Both the position numbers and the translations under genes were made by a program. The notes beneath the pieces were generated by a model, which had not been told where the DNA came from, did not search any database, and saw only the letters and a list, made by a program, of their open reading frames with translations. Below, in pieces: positions 35,801-45,800 of a stretch of DNA of 59,888 nt (its first letter is position 1; every line of letters begins with the position of its first letter). This stretch comes from a virus (taxonomy: Duplodnaviria > Caudoviricetes). The stretch lies in the IMG/VR virus record IMGVR_UViG_3300025132_004452, positions 1 to 59,888 of that record; one strand, 5' to 3'.

Positions 35801-38800
35801 AACTAAACCTACAGCATCAGGATTGTTTTCCATAAATTGCTTAAACAACGTATGGTGACCTATTTCATGAGATTGTACTGTAGAATTATTTCTGTTTAAA
35901 GCAAAAGTTATAGGTAGATTTATATTTTTAGTACCTTTACTACCGTCTTCGTTTGTAACTTCAATAGTTAGATTATCACCAAAAGCCATACCATTAACAG
36001 TTGCATCGCCTCTTGAAGCTTTGTCAGCTACTTCAAACTGCTGCTTCATTAATTCTTTTACTTGTAGCTTTTCTGAATCGTTTAAATCAGTTCTACTATC
36101 TACATATTCTAAACCTGCATCTAGAGCTTGTTTGTTGTTGTCACCAACAACCATTTCTACATTACCTAAAGTACCGTTTTTAGCTCTATAAGCATCAGCA
36201 AACTTTTTAGCTCTACCCTTATCAGCACTCCACTCTGCATTACTTAAAGTAAAATTCTTAACTGCTTCAACGGCCTTTAGTTCAATTAGCTGTTTGTTTA
36301 TAAGATCAGCTGCTGTTTTTTCGTCAAGATTTTTATCACTGTTTATTTTATCTATTTCAGATCTTATCTTGTGCTCAGCATTGAAACCATTTATTAGTCT
36401 TTGTCTATCTTCTTTAGTTAAAGACATTATTTCAGATCTAACTTTTTCTTGATCAGCTAATTGTTCTTTTGCTAGATCATGCATTTGTTTCTCTACTAAA
36501 GCCTTAGACTTAACTATAGCATCATGAGCTCCTGTTTTAGGCGTTAAACCAGCTAATTGCGTTTCATAACCTTTTATGGTATTACTTAATCTTAATATCT
36601 CTTTTCCTCTTTCTGCTATTTTAGCATTTCTATCAGGACCTCTAAAAGCTTGATATGTTTGTGCGACTAAACCAGGTGATTGCATAGTGCCAGACATTAC
36701 TAAACCAGAAACCATAGATTCAGTAAAACCATCTAGCATAGATACGTCTTTATTGCCTAGTATATATATCTCAGCAGCATTTTGAGATAGAGTAACAGCT
36801 CCTTCACCAAACGCTTCACCTGGAACACCTTTGACAAAATCTTTAGCACCTTCTTTTAAGTTTAACCATCGTTGATTAATCTTATTAGATATTGGCGAAC
36901 CTTTTTTAGCCACTTTGCTTAAGTCAAAAGCTTTTCTTAAATTTTTAGCACCTAGTTTAAAGTTGCCTAAAGTTATTTTTTCACTTGCATATTCAGCTAT
37001 ACCATAAATTCCAGCTGTACCATAAAATTGTAAAGCATTTATTTCTTCTGGTTGAATTTTATAAGTTTCATCATCACCTAAAGGATTAAAGCCAAACTCT
37101 TTTTTGAAATCTTGTATATATTTCATTTCGTTTAAGTTCCACTTTTCACCTTCCATACGCTTTTTCATATCGTACATTTGGTTACCACTTTCACTTAGTG
37201 CAGAAAGCACTAGACCACCACCGCCAGGAACTACTATTGATAAACCAGTGTTAAGTAATTGACCAGTTAGCATTTCAGTACCCCATCTCATACCGGCTTT
37301 AATACCATCTATTTCATCAAATCTTGCAGCAGGTCTATTTCTATTCAATAACTCTTCACCAAACTCAGAAGATTTTTTAAGCAAGTCATCAGCGGTTTCA
37401 TCTGCAAAGTTAGCAACATCCATAGCTAAGTTTACAGCATCACCTCCAGTTTCTCCAAACACATCATATGAAAAGTCGCTTATAGCTTTTACAGTGTCAT
37501 CATCTTTTAAGTCAAATCCAACGTGTTCTAAAACATTTAAAGGATTTGAAACTTCATTTAAAACAGCGCCTAGACCAGTAACTATTCTTACAGCGCTATT
37601 AGCAAGAATATTTTCATGGATTTCTAAAACGTTATATGTTTTTTGAGTTTTATCTATTATAGCTTGAGCATTATTTCCTTCAAACTGTATATTTCCTAAA
37701 AACTCCATATCAGCTTTTATATTTTTTTCAGCTAATATTACACTATTTTTTATGCTATTAAACTGATCAACGTCTTTTTGAGTTGCGTTAGGATCATTTT
37801 CTATTTTCTTTTTTAAATCATTTAATTTCGCGGCTTGAGCCAATATATTAACAGATTGCCCCTCGATGTTGTTGAGTATAACATTGGCTTCGTAATCACT
37901 GGTTTTGTTACTTAATTCTAATAGTCTTCCTAGATCTTTTTTATTTTTTTGATAATCTTCCCTAGAGTTTTCCATTCCTAAAACCTCATCAGCAGTAGTG
38001 TTAAAAAGTTTTTCAGCAATCTTCTTTTGTATAATAAACTGAGGAGCACTAGAGACAAGATTAACCACGTTGTTCCAAGCACCAACTCCTTGTTTATCTT
38101 CAAAAGTTTCTAAGGCTTCATCTATTGTATCTCTAACTTTTTTTGAATCAAGTTTTTCTTCAGATATTAAAGAAGTAGCAGACATTCTACTTGTTAAATC
38201 TAATAATTCAGGGCTTATATTTATATCTTTTACTAACTCAGGGTTTTTTGTTACCTCTTGTATAGAAGGTAAATATATTAACTCATTGTCAGTTCCTAAA
38301 CTAGCAACTGCATCATCTTTGTTTGTTGTTGTTTTTTTACCAGTCTTTTTTATATCAATAACCATATCCTGGTATTGATCTAAAAAGTTTTTTGTTAATT
38401 CATTTGATTTTCTACTAGCTTGCTTAGCCCAAGTAGTTGAATCAGAGCCTTTTCTACTTTCATTATTGCTCAAAGGTTTTAATTTCCAAGTAGCTGCATT
38501 ATTTGGATCGTATTTTTCACCATACCATTTCTTAGCTAGTTTATTATATGATATATCTTTCCATCTTTTTTTATTACTATCTATAGGTAAAGATCTATTA
38601 ATAAGATCTTGATTCTCCTCTTTGTTAGCCAATGCATATATTAAAGAAGACCCAACGTATTTACCACCAGACTGTTGTAATAAATTAGCATTTTTTAAAG
38701 ATTCTTTTTTCTGTGTTATTTTTTCATTAATTTCTTCATCAGTTGCTTGGGTTTCTATTTCAATGTTTTTTAACAATTTAGCAGCTGTTAATCTATCATT

Positions 38801-39268
38801 TCCTCCACTTCCTGACATTAAACCAACGAATTCTTTTCTTTCGGCTTGTACTTCTGCTATTTTTTTAGCTAATTTATCTCCTACAAGTGGTTCACCATTT
38901 TCATCTTTAGCTATTGTTTGGTTTGGTTTTTGTAATAGCTCTAAATACTGATCGTATTCTTTAGTATCAAAAGCATCGTCTTCAACATCAAATTGACTTT
39001 TAACTTCAATATTTTCTTCTTCACCGTCTTTTTTACTGCTTTTTTCAAAATTTAATATACGAGTTTCAAAAGTTTTAAATTTATCTTCATCACTCTCGCC
39101 TTCCATTCTTTGTATAAAAGTATCGTCAATAGAATCTAATGTGTTATATACATTACTTAAAAAACTATCATCATTTTTTATTCTTGATTTAAAATCAGTT
39201 ATAGTAAAGTTTGAATCATCAAAAGTTAATGTTTCAAATATTTCTGAAGCGTAGTCTTTTTCTTCCAT
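29804..39268 (-). CDS. Giant virion ejection/polyvalent protein (zincin, sigma-like and HAD domains)
   Basis: Last of three ejection-type genes after the tail; HEIGHH near 35860, sigma region 2/3-like segment near 34940-35260, FDFDDT HAD near 32560. Confidence 0.8.
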   Translation of the reverse strand: MEEKDYASEIFETLTFDDSNFTITDFKSRIKNDDSFLSNVYNTLDSIDDTFIQRMEGESDEDKFKTFETRILNFEKSSKKDGEEENIEVKSQFDVEDDAFDTKEYDQYLELLQKPNQTIAKDENGEPLVGDKLAKKIAEVQAERKEFVGLMSGSGGNDRLTAAKLLKNIEIETQATDEEINEKITQKKESLKNANLLQQSGGKYVGSSLIYALANKEENQDLINRSLPIDSNKKRWKDISYNKLAKKWYGEKYDPNNAATWKLKPLSNNESRKGSDSTTWAKQASRKSNELTKNFLDQYQDMVIDIKKTGKKTTTNKDDAVASLGTDNELIYLPSIQEVTKNPELVKDINISPELLDLTSRMSATSLISEEKLDSKKVRDTIDEALETFEDKQGVGAWNNVVNLVSSAPQFIIQKKIAEKLFNTTADEVLGMENSREDYQKNKKDLGRLLELSNKTSDYEANVILNNIEGQSVNILAQAAKLNDLKKKIENDPNATQKDVDQFNSIKNSVILAEKNIKADMEFLGNIQFEGNNAQAIIDKTQKTYNVLEIHENILANSAVRIVTGLGAVLNEVSNPLNVLEHVGFDLKDDDTVKAISDFSYDVFGETGGDAVNLAMDVANFADETADDLLKKSSEFGEELLNRNRPAARFDEIDGIKAGMRWGTEMLTGQLLNTGLSIVVPGGGGLVLSALSESGNQMYDMKKRMEGEKWNLNEMKYIQDFKKEFGFNPLGDDETYKIQPEEINALQFYGTAGIYGIAEYASEKITLGNFKLGAKNLRKAFDLSKVAKKGSPISNKINQRWLNLKEGAKDFVKGVPGEAFGEGAVTLSQNAAEIYILGNKDVSMLDGFTESMVSGLVMSGTMQSPGLVAQTYQAFRGPDRNAKIAERGKEILRLSNTIKGYETQLAGLTPKTGAHDAIVKSKALVEKQMHDLAKEQLADQEKVRSEIMSLTKEDRQRLINGFNAEHKIRSEIDKINSDKNLDEKTAADLINKQLIELKAVEAVKNFTLSNAEWSADKGRAKKFADAYRAKNGTLGNVEMVVGDNNKQALDAGLEYVDSRTDLNDSEKLQVKELMKQQFEVADKASRGDATVNGMAFGDNLTIEVTNEDGSKGTKNINLPITFALNRNNSTVQSHEIGHHTLFKQFMENNPDAVGLVQDLESYVKKNYKEAYQNFLETKELYGEYDSKGDLSNPTLVAEESLARLSDFMRQNNLEADRTLYNKMFGRFQKFNDGSGQIKTGKDVFDMITSYNNSFETGELSGLTKSIAEGTAEISRKKKTIKKDSKPVSKSKLSLTKAERSELTDLTNEAPGPKGPDGKYKMTKAEFLQDKDRAFSKVYTAISQGKFDGLIIDKMATGQTIYDKSRENIIQETRDKLADHLMSFDPSKNDSLFAWMNSYIGRRVGDVTNKAKREKAKKPGVQVSTDQKLGEEGRTIGETIADDTNIEAGIDANIVEDTIDNMRTKLGIEKGGPIYNKVLDSVRKVLGTKLPEVSNKKFREDLKKAFDKELFKEIKKFIGTRANYETFLSENFQTVFNAISQSTANKRFRQFVEPLIDPATGKQARPDNNPLFRKKDVKRSEFMDYFLGSNVGASTKGTRKDALAGAIAQELAFDATMEVLEDPAVQNRIKDIYELQGLRQAENYTAVVGKNIDRVPGSKFSKTNKTNLQQYEVLNEINNLEQFLQGSNIINKIENGKDLSELIKSYISSKNQNVQEVLNLYSNTLLGIVEDSGKIKIKLPKAKSKAIAKTAYLFQADPGPQLLAEQADFKEIVTNYDLDAIDANTPEGKKELIDKIFFDKNSALINFLPESALTAGTLSNGGDNVNLGTPLSVKVKKRLQKNGLLNKPTETLREYKLIDGSTILNSDEDFVKKSVQLKIAPVGTFLFANALQVKNAIAEAKKRGNTFALETKIDDKGVETSKNIKEAVKRQGYSAKMQRELGTPKFTQEQINKRDGFKELIMSLNDAVQFDKAKFLPVVAGLLSSTSGSQNHFGRTGSIIEFGNTLNLKNVEEHTEPASDLMKFLLNRMAQDNVEQYIDPALESFFQGALPKVYDGMLKGVGPDGIKFDYIKNIPSQYVADVLLGLKPVWIRYFNSNVNSQVRIDENGDQHTGINPNVIILSNGNSIAKEFGLEVSKDLQTPGIIKIQQQLLFEIFDGQITSKIANEILKPHLALAKSQHEATQANEKSQSNSGVTPFSKTKTNKQTIEQANMMDKALDIARDPNAPVKKIRVFDFDDTLARTKSNVFYTMPDGTKGTLTAEEFAERGGEILNEGGEFDFSDFNIVRDGKPGPLLDVAKKIQAARGTEDVFVLTARAPESQAAIKEFLDSLGLNIPLKNITGLGNSTGAAKANWVVNKAAEGYNDFYFADDAIQNVQAVKDALSVIDVKSAVQQAKIKFSKTVDQTVNDIIEHKTGIKSEKEYSDVKARLVGRKKGKFKLFIPPSAEDFVGLLYSMLGKGEIGNMQMDFFNKHLIEPYGRAMENLSRDQNRMINDFKVLKEQLIKEGLIPKNLNKIAFGEFTHSDVARILAWNKQGMDIPGISKADLKQVLAFAKKNQAIDVFAQNLIDINKGDGYAAPTANWLAGTISTDLLDGLRTGKRSKYLQEWQDNIDLIFSPKNLNKMEAAFGTNWRDAMEDMISRMKSGRNRSNKMGKIENRLLDYINNSVGTVMFFNMRSALLQTISAVNFIDFGSNNIYNAGKAFANQTQYWKDFSELMNSEFLVERRNGLKLNVSESEIADAAATSKNKAKAAIAYILSKGYLPTQFADSFAIASGGATFYRNRINALMKEGMSEADAKKQAFLEFREIAEESQQSSRPDRVSQQQASTLGRLILAFQNTPMQMNRLGKKSFLDLINRRKRKGMTQFQSDVSNISRVTYYMAVQSMIFSALQQGLFALAFNEEEEEESENERYLNVANGMLNTVLNGTGIYGVALSTLISVGRKVYKESKKEGTFPGPNYEDAANEMLNFSPPIDIKLSKLRQAGLTWKYEGYKHDEAKWSIDDPAYKSAAYVISGLTNVPVDRLISKSENVRSALEDEQQTWKRISLLLGWKDYQLNSTEERKEYIDSQKEAKSAYRKRMKAKRDNEGQYSPKKLLTQKDIDVENKQKEVTKYKKLKKPRQVEILDSLGLSKKQIRALRYEKDRVAKLIELMKK

Positions 39269-39272
39269 ATTT

Positions 39273-40406
39273 TTACTTTGATAGCTTTGTTGGTTGAATT
39301 TCAGTTACAGCACCTTCTTCAACATTAGTAAATACTAAATCACTAGCTGGTTGTATAGCGTAAGAACCTGTTGTGGCTACATTATTAGCGATTACTTCAA
39401 ATAAATCATTAACTTCACCACCAGAATCCACCCATTCTTCGTAAGTATTAATTTCTGTATTTGGAAACATTCCTCCTAAATTATTGTAAAAAAGCTGTTC
39501 AACTGATAATTCAGGAGCACCTTTTATAGATGGTGCTACAACGTTTTTACCAGCATCATAACTCTTTTTAAGCTTTTCAACAATGTCTGTTTTATATTTA
39601 TCAATATTTCTAAACTTTCCTTTTTTACCAGGTTCTTTGCTTTTTACTTTACCACCATCTTTACTGCCAGTAGAAACTACAGTTGAAGTACCTGTTTGTT
39701 GAGTTTCTGCATATTTTTTTGGATCTAACAATGATTTAGCCCACTCATCTGTAACTAAGTTGTAATCTCTATCTATCATAGGGTATCTAGTACCACTAGC
39801 TTCGAAATCATCATAGTATTTTCCTAACTGTATTTCTTTATCAGCAAACTCTCCACCTTTAGCTCCAAATATACTGTATCTCCCATCTTCACCTCTACCT
39901 AACTTAATAGGTGCGCCTTGTTGTACAGCTAGTTCATATAAAAAATCTCCACCACCTGGAAGTTGCTCTTCTCCAGCAGCTATAGCTGCAGCCGCGGCAT
40001 CAACGTCTTTATCAAAAGAGCCTACAAACATTGTTAAATCATTTAAATCTCTATTATTGTTAGCAACAGTCTTTTGATACATTGTAAGATCTTCTGTAGT
40101 AGCTTCTGGACCAAAAGCTTTCATGTGTAGATCAGCTTCTAGTCTAGCAGCATTTTCTAACTCAGCTATAACTTGTTCATCTAAGCTTTTGTTACCAGTC
40201 TTTTCATATTCAGCTGCTTGTTTATACCTACCAGATACAGCGGCTTGAGCCTTTTGCTGCATTTCCTTCTGGGCTTTCTGCTCTTCTTTTCTTCTAGTAG
40301 CTCCTTGAGCTATGCTTCTTTTAAATGCTTGACCTGTTTGGCCTATGAAAGCAGCTGATCTAGCATCTCTAGTATCTCTTATTACTTTTTGATCTTTATA
40401 TCCCAT
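39273..40406 (-). CDS. Putative internal virion/ejection protein
   Basis: Position; helical Ala/Gln-rich N-terminus. Confidence 0.6.
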   Translation of the reverse strand: MGYKDQKVIRDTRDARSAAFIGQTGQAFKRSIAQGATRRKEEQKAQKEMQQKAQAAVSGRYKQAAEYEKTGNKSLDEQVIAELENAARLEADLHMKAFGPEATTEDLTMYQKTVANNNRDLNDLTMFVGSFDKDVDAAAAAIAAGEEQLPGGGDFLYELAVQQGAPIKLGRGEDGRYSIFGAKGGEFADKEIQLGKYYDDFEASGTRYPMIDRDYNLVTDEWAKSLLDPKKYAETQQTGTSTVVSTGSKDGGKVKSKEPGKKGKFRNIDKYKTDIVEKLKKSYDAGKNVVAPSIKGAPELSVEQLFYNNLGGMFPNTEINTYEEWVDSGGEVNDLFEVIANNVATTGSYAIQPASDLVFTNVEEGAVTEIQPTKLSK

Positions 40407-40418
40407 AGCTATTATATT

Positions 40419-41096
40419 TTATTCAAACTCACCTGTGAGATTATTATAAACTTTTCCTTGATTCTTTTTCTTACCGAATTGTTCTTCAACGCTTTGCTCA
40501 CTACCGCTAAACAATGCTTGAATTTGTGAAGGGTCTTTAGCAATTTCTCCTAATACTCCACCAACTGCACCAGCTGTTTGTTGATCAATAGCTTGCTTAC
40601 CAGCTAAAGCATCCATTTCTCTTTGTTGATAACCTTCCTGCAGATTAGCAACTCTATCTAACTTATCCATTTCTCTTTGCTCTCTAACGGTAAATGCTTG
40701 TTGTTCACCCATAGCTCTATATTTTTCATTAGTAGCTTCTTGTTGCTTTATATCAGCTGATATACCTTGTTTAGAAGCAGCAGCTTGTCTAGCCAAAGCA
40801 GTGGCACCTGCAGCACCAAAACCACCAGCTCTCATTGTGTCTAATGTGTTTGCTAAAGCTTGATCTGTTTGCTGTGCTTGCATTTCAGCTGCTTCAGTAG
40901 ATACCGATAGATTAGCATAAGGATTAGTTATATCTTGTCTATTAGCTTCTAAGCTAGCTAACTGTTTACCCAAGGCATTAGCTTCTTTAGCAGCTTCCGT
41001 TGCTCTATCGTTGGCATCTTTTTTAGCAAAGGCACCCATTACTATTGGAGTAGCAGCCGCAGCCACTTGCATTATTCCACCTATTTTATCTGACAT
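40419..41096 (-). CDS. Putative ejection/pilot protein
   Basis: Hydrophobic N-terminus, A/Q-rich coiled coils, GGFGAAGATALA. Confidence 0.65.
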   Translation of the reverse strand: MSDKIGGIMQVAAAATPIVMGAFAKKDANDRATEAAKEANALGKQLASLEANRQDITNPYANLSVSTEAAEMQAQQTDQALANTLDTMRAGGFGAAGATALARQAAASKQGISADIKQQEATNEKYRAMGEQQAFTVREQREMDKLDRVANLQEGYQQREMDALAGKQAIDQQTAGAVGGVLGEIAKDPSQIQALFSGSEQSVEEQFGKKKNQGKVYNNLTGEFE

Positions 41097-41107
41097 ATTT
41101 TTTTAAT

Positions 41108-42883
41108 TTAATAAGATGATGGTACAAATTCAGTACCTACTGAGAATAGCTCTTTCATTTCACCTGGAGCAGTTGTTGTATCTAACCTAAGCTTAACTGT
41201 TGTGTAATAACCTTTGACACCACTAGTTTGATTACCTAGTATTACTTCACCTATTTTTGCAGGCGAATTATTAACTACATTAGCTACGTATCTATTTTCT
41301 TTTCTACAAAAGCCAGCTCTTTTAGTTATACCATTTTCAATATACTCACCTTCGTAATAACTCTTAATCAAAGCTATATTATCTGTTTCGTTCTGCCAAG
41401 AACCTAAGTTACTTAATACTAATCCAGTTTGATCAGATTCTACTTTTTCAACTTCCCAACCGCTAGAACCTTCATACTCAATTGTTTTAAAAGTTTTAAC
41501 TAAACTTGGCTGTTGGTTGAATATAAACTCTATAGACGATGTTACTGGATCGTTAGCATAAAAAGTATTTCTTGAAACATTTTCTGAATTATGAATCCAA
41601 AGATTACCATTTGATGTAGTATAAAATCTATTAAATAAGCTTTCAGCAAGTAAAGGCTTATAATCATAAAACGTAACCCATCCAGCAGCTTGCTCATCAT
41701 AAACTAAAGTTTGATAATCACCATTAGCTTGTTGCATACTGATTAAATAATTATCATTGTATACGTCATAAGCTCCTATAACATAATCTTTTTTAAATGT
41801 TCTAAAAATAACATCACTATTAGAACCAAAGTCTTGAGGAGGAAAGTCTGTTAGTTGAACTCTAGCATTCACTTTATCAACAGCTTTAACGTAACAACCT
41901 GTTTCTGCACCGTTTATTAATACTCTAGAACCTATTTCTACATTAGTAAAGAATTCACCACCTTCGCCGGCTAAATTTTTATATATATAAGGTTCACCAG
42001 CACTTAACCCTGCTGTATAAGGGAAAGGAGGTTGAACACCATCTATAGTATCATTAACATCAAAAGCTCTTAAATTTGAATCTATTTCACTTAATTCATC
42101 TCTAAAAAAGTCTTTCATTCCATTAGCAGCAATCTCAATTAAACCATTTTCAGCTAGTCTTAATACTGTATTCCTGTTTTTATCAGAAAAATACATTCTA
42201 TTTCCAAAATGATCAAATGATTCAGGATTGTCACTAATACCATATTCACCTACATATGGAGTTATTTCCCCAATTACAAGCTTTGTTGTTGAAACTGGAG
42301 TACCTTGACCATCAGCCGCATATATAGCATCTTTATCTATTAATGCTCTACTTACTTTATTTTGTTGAAATATATGTAGTTTAGTATCTGAAGCATATAT
42401 TCTTTGTATAGAACCATATTCAGGTGGTGCAGTAAAAGTTATGTTAGTAGCTTCGGAAAAAACATTTGTTTCATTAACATTAGTAGCAGAATTAAAAAGA
42501 CCAGAATAAATTACTTTATTATCTCTAACAGTGCTAACATAGTCTTTGTTTACTAAATAAGCTTTAACACCGTAATCAGTGGAAACATTATTGTAACCTC
42601 CTTTTACTCTTGATTCTTCTATGAGCCAGTTAGCTGCGTTTGTACTAGGTAATCCAATTATATCAGGATTTACACTACCCAGTACTGGAGAATTCCAAAA
42701 GTTTTGATACCTATTACTAGGAACACTTCCAACACCGTTATCATTACCAAATCTATAAAAAGGAAGACCAGGGAAGTTCGGTGCGTTTAAATAGTTACTG
42801 GCACCGTTAGGCGTCCAATTAGCTCCAACAGTTTTTTTAGCCCAAAACGTATTAAAATATTTTACTTCTAATGTAAATGCCAT
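41108..42883 (-). CDS. Tail stabilisation/muzzle protein (P22 gp10-like, second part)
   Basis: YGSIQ, YGIS.NPESF...YF.D..R..VLRL, K.FKTIEYEG. Confidence 0.7.
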   Translation of the reverse strand: MAFTLEVKYFNTFWAKKTVGANWTPNGASNYLNAPNFPGLPFYRFGNDNGVGSVPSNRYQNFWNSPVLGSVNPDIIGLPSTNAANWLIEESRVKGGYNNVSTDYGVKAYLVNKDYVSTVRDNKVIYSGLFNSATNVNETNVFSEATNITFTAPPEYGSIQRIYASDTKLHIFQQNKVSRALIDKDAIYAADGQGTPVSTTKLVIGEITPYVGEYGISDNPESFDHFGNRMYFSDKNRNTVLRLAENGLIEIAANGMKDFFRDELSEIDSNLRAFDVNDTIDGVQPPFPYTAGLSAGEPYIYKNLAGEGGEFFTNVEIGSRVLINGAETGCYVKAVDKVNARVQLTDFPPQDFGSNSDVIFRTFKKDYVIGAYDVYNDNYLISMQQANGDYQTLVYDEQAAGWVTFYDYKPLLAESLFNRFYTTSNGNLWIHNSENVSRNTFYANDPVTSSIEFIFNQQPSLVKTFKTIEYEGSSGWEVEKVESDQTGLVLSNLGSWQNETDNIALIKSYYEGEYIENGITKRAGFCRKENRYVANVVNNSPAKIGEVILGNQTSGVKGYYTTVKLRLDTTTAPGEMKELFSVGTEFVPSSY

Positions 42884-45800
42884 TATCTTACTAATTTTAC
42901 GTAAATAACTTTTCTAACGTCACTGCTTAGACCAGTTCCATTATTAAATTTCTCTCTTAACCTTATAGTAACTCTGTAAACACAAATGTCTTCACCTTTT
43001 AAAGCTCCTTCAGCTCTAAACTTACCACTTCTATCTTCTTCAAATTGGCAAAATGGAGGGTGATCTACATCTGCTAAAAAAACCCATCTACCAATGTTGT
43101 GTGCGTAATATTCATTAACAAGGTTCGTGTTACTAGCACCTAGTCTTATTAAGTCAGTAGGACCAAACCTTCTAACATCGAAAGGAAATTTTCTATAACC
43201 CCAAGCTTTATCGTTATTAACATTTGGATCATTGCCACCAAATTGTATTCCAGTTGTACTATTGCTGTCATTTATTATTAAAAAGTCTTTCCAACCGTAA
43301 CCACTTTTAGGTACAGCACCTTGTTCCCCATAAGTGGGAGAAGAATCTGTTCCAATAGAAAAATTGTCATAACCGTCTTTATCAAATATAGCAAGTTCAC
43401 ATTTTTCTATGTAAGGTTCTGAAGCATCGTTTTGCTCACCAAAAGAACCATCAAAAAAGTCATCTAAATAACAACTAGAAGAAGTCCCGTCAATTCCACT
43501 TCCATTGTTTTTCATTGCTAATCCAGCCGCATTAAACCTAACTGCTGAATTACCAATTTTACTAAAATCAATAGCACTAGTACTTCCAATGCCTTGATTA
43601 GCCCATCTAAATATACTGCTATCTCTACTAGTTGCGTTTGAGTTTTCAAACATTTTTCCGATGTTTTGATTATTGTTACTACCATCTCCTCCAAAAACTT
43701 CTTTTTTCTTACCAATACTCATTGTCCAATAGAAATTTCTTTTAACAGACCAATTTCTTGCATTATCATCGCTATCACTAGCACCTATTGAAGCTGTGTC
43801 TTTAATTATATCTTTAGGTAGCGGTATAAATGGAGAGTTACCGACTCTATTTGCATCTACAATAATTTGATTAAATATTCTATCAGCATTATAACTATTA
43901 ACTACGTCACTAGGATCTGTAGGATTAGGATATATTGTTGCCTGACCCCAGGTTTTTAACGGTATAGAATCTTCTGCAACCGTACCGCTTTGAACAATAG
44001 GTATACCTGTGTCTAAATATTTCCATACAGGCTTATTGTTTGTTAGTTTATTATTACTTACATAAACTATTTTTGAACTTGGCACTTCTCCTGGTATTGT
44101 TAGTTTCAACGCAAAGGTTAAGTTTTCTTGTAGTTGATGTTCAAAATTAGGATTAAAATATTTTCTTTCAGCAGCACTTTTATCTGCCATTTTAATATTC
44201 CAACTAGGTGGAGAACTTCCTATTTTTACTATCTCAAAGCTACCACCAACGGGGTCGTCTGGTCCACTAGTTACATTTTCTAATTCTATATTTGCGTTGG
44301 GATCGTTTGACTCTAGCCCTCCATTTGTTAATATTTTTATATCTCTGTTTAACAAATATTTACCATCACCATAATAATCACCTATACCATCATATGGATA
44401 TCTTTCTTCCATTAAAAATAAAAATCCAGAAATACCTGCAGGACCATTTGGAGTTTGTCCTTGTTTTATAGATGTATTTAAATCTGATATTAAACCACTA
44501 CTTGTAGTTTCCCAGTATATATCTAATTTAGATTCAACAGGGTTTGTTTCAGCTACTATTAAAAACTTAGAAAATTGAGGTTGTGTAGTATCAGATGAAG
44601 GAGCTTGATAAGTTGACTCAAAACCTAATCTTAATGTTTCAGCATTAGAAATATCGATAGATGCTATAAAAGGATTTTTATCAGCATTGTAAAAAGGATC
44701 TACATACTTAGTATTTGACGAATCTATATAATAAGGATAACTTTTAAAAGATATTAATGAAGTCGCGGTGCTAGCACTTGGGTTAATAAAACTACCTTTT
44801 TTAGTGGTCCAAGGACCAAAGTCTCTAAAAGCTTGAATATTTACGACTTTAAATGGTTTAATTCTATCTTCGTCAAGTTGTCTATTATACCAAACGTTTT
44901 TAGCATCTGCAGTAACAATTCCTGGAGTTGGATGAAAAACTCTAAAAAACAAAGTAGTGTCACTTCCAAAAGACCTGTCAGTGGGTGATATATTAGTAGT
45001 GTTTTTTGGAATTTTATTTATATTATCTCCATATATCGAAAGATTACTAATTTCATATATTCTACCATATGAAAGAGGTAGGATAGGGGCTTGAAATGTT
45101 ATACTACCACTTGTAGATCCAGGTAAATAAACATTATAATACTCTTGTTCTGATTGTTTAACAACTATTTTATAAGAATACCAGCCAAGAGGATTAGTAT
45201 CTTTATTATATAATCCTGGATAAAAATTTAAACCAGGTACTTGATTAGGTATTTCTTCAGTAAAAATAACTTTAATAGAACCTCCAAAAAAATCTGGATA
45301 AGACTTGTCTCCAGCGTTATCGTAAGGAACGTACACAGTTGACTTTTCAGATTTAACATTATTGTTAGAAGAGAATAACACTTCACTTTCATTATTAGCT
45401 AGTATAACATTAGACTGTCTACCAAATCTATCTGCTAAAATAACACCAACTTGATATGTCCTACCTTGTTTTATTGTAGAGTTATAATGTTCTTTTATAG
45501 TGTTTTCAGATGAAGTAAGCATTGGAGGGTTTTCGCCAAGCGCAACAGCGTCATCTAAGCTTTGTGACAATAAAACATTTCCTTCTGCATCAAAACCATT
45601 TGGATTATTTATATTTCTTTCACTAGAAAAAGCTTCGTATTCTAAGCTAGAAGGTGCGGCATGGGAATTTTGATAATTCGCATACATAACTCTATTACCA
45701 GCTACTTCTTGAGCCTTGGCTTTAACCGGTGTTATGTCACTTACTCTTAATACAGCTGATTCAGGTAAAACTTGAAAAGGTTTTGCAGACCTGTATTTGT

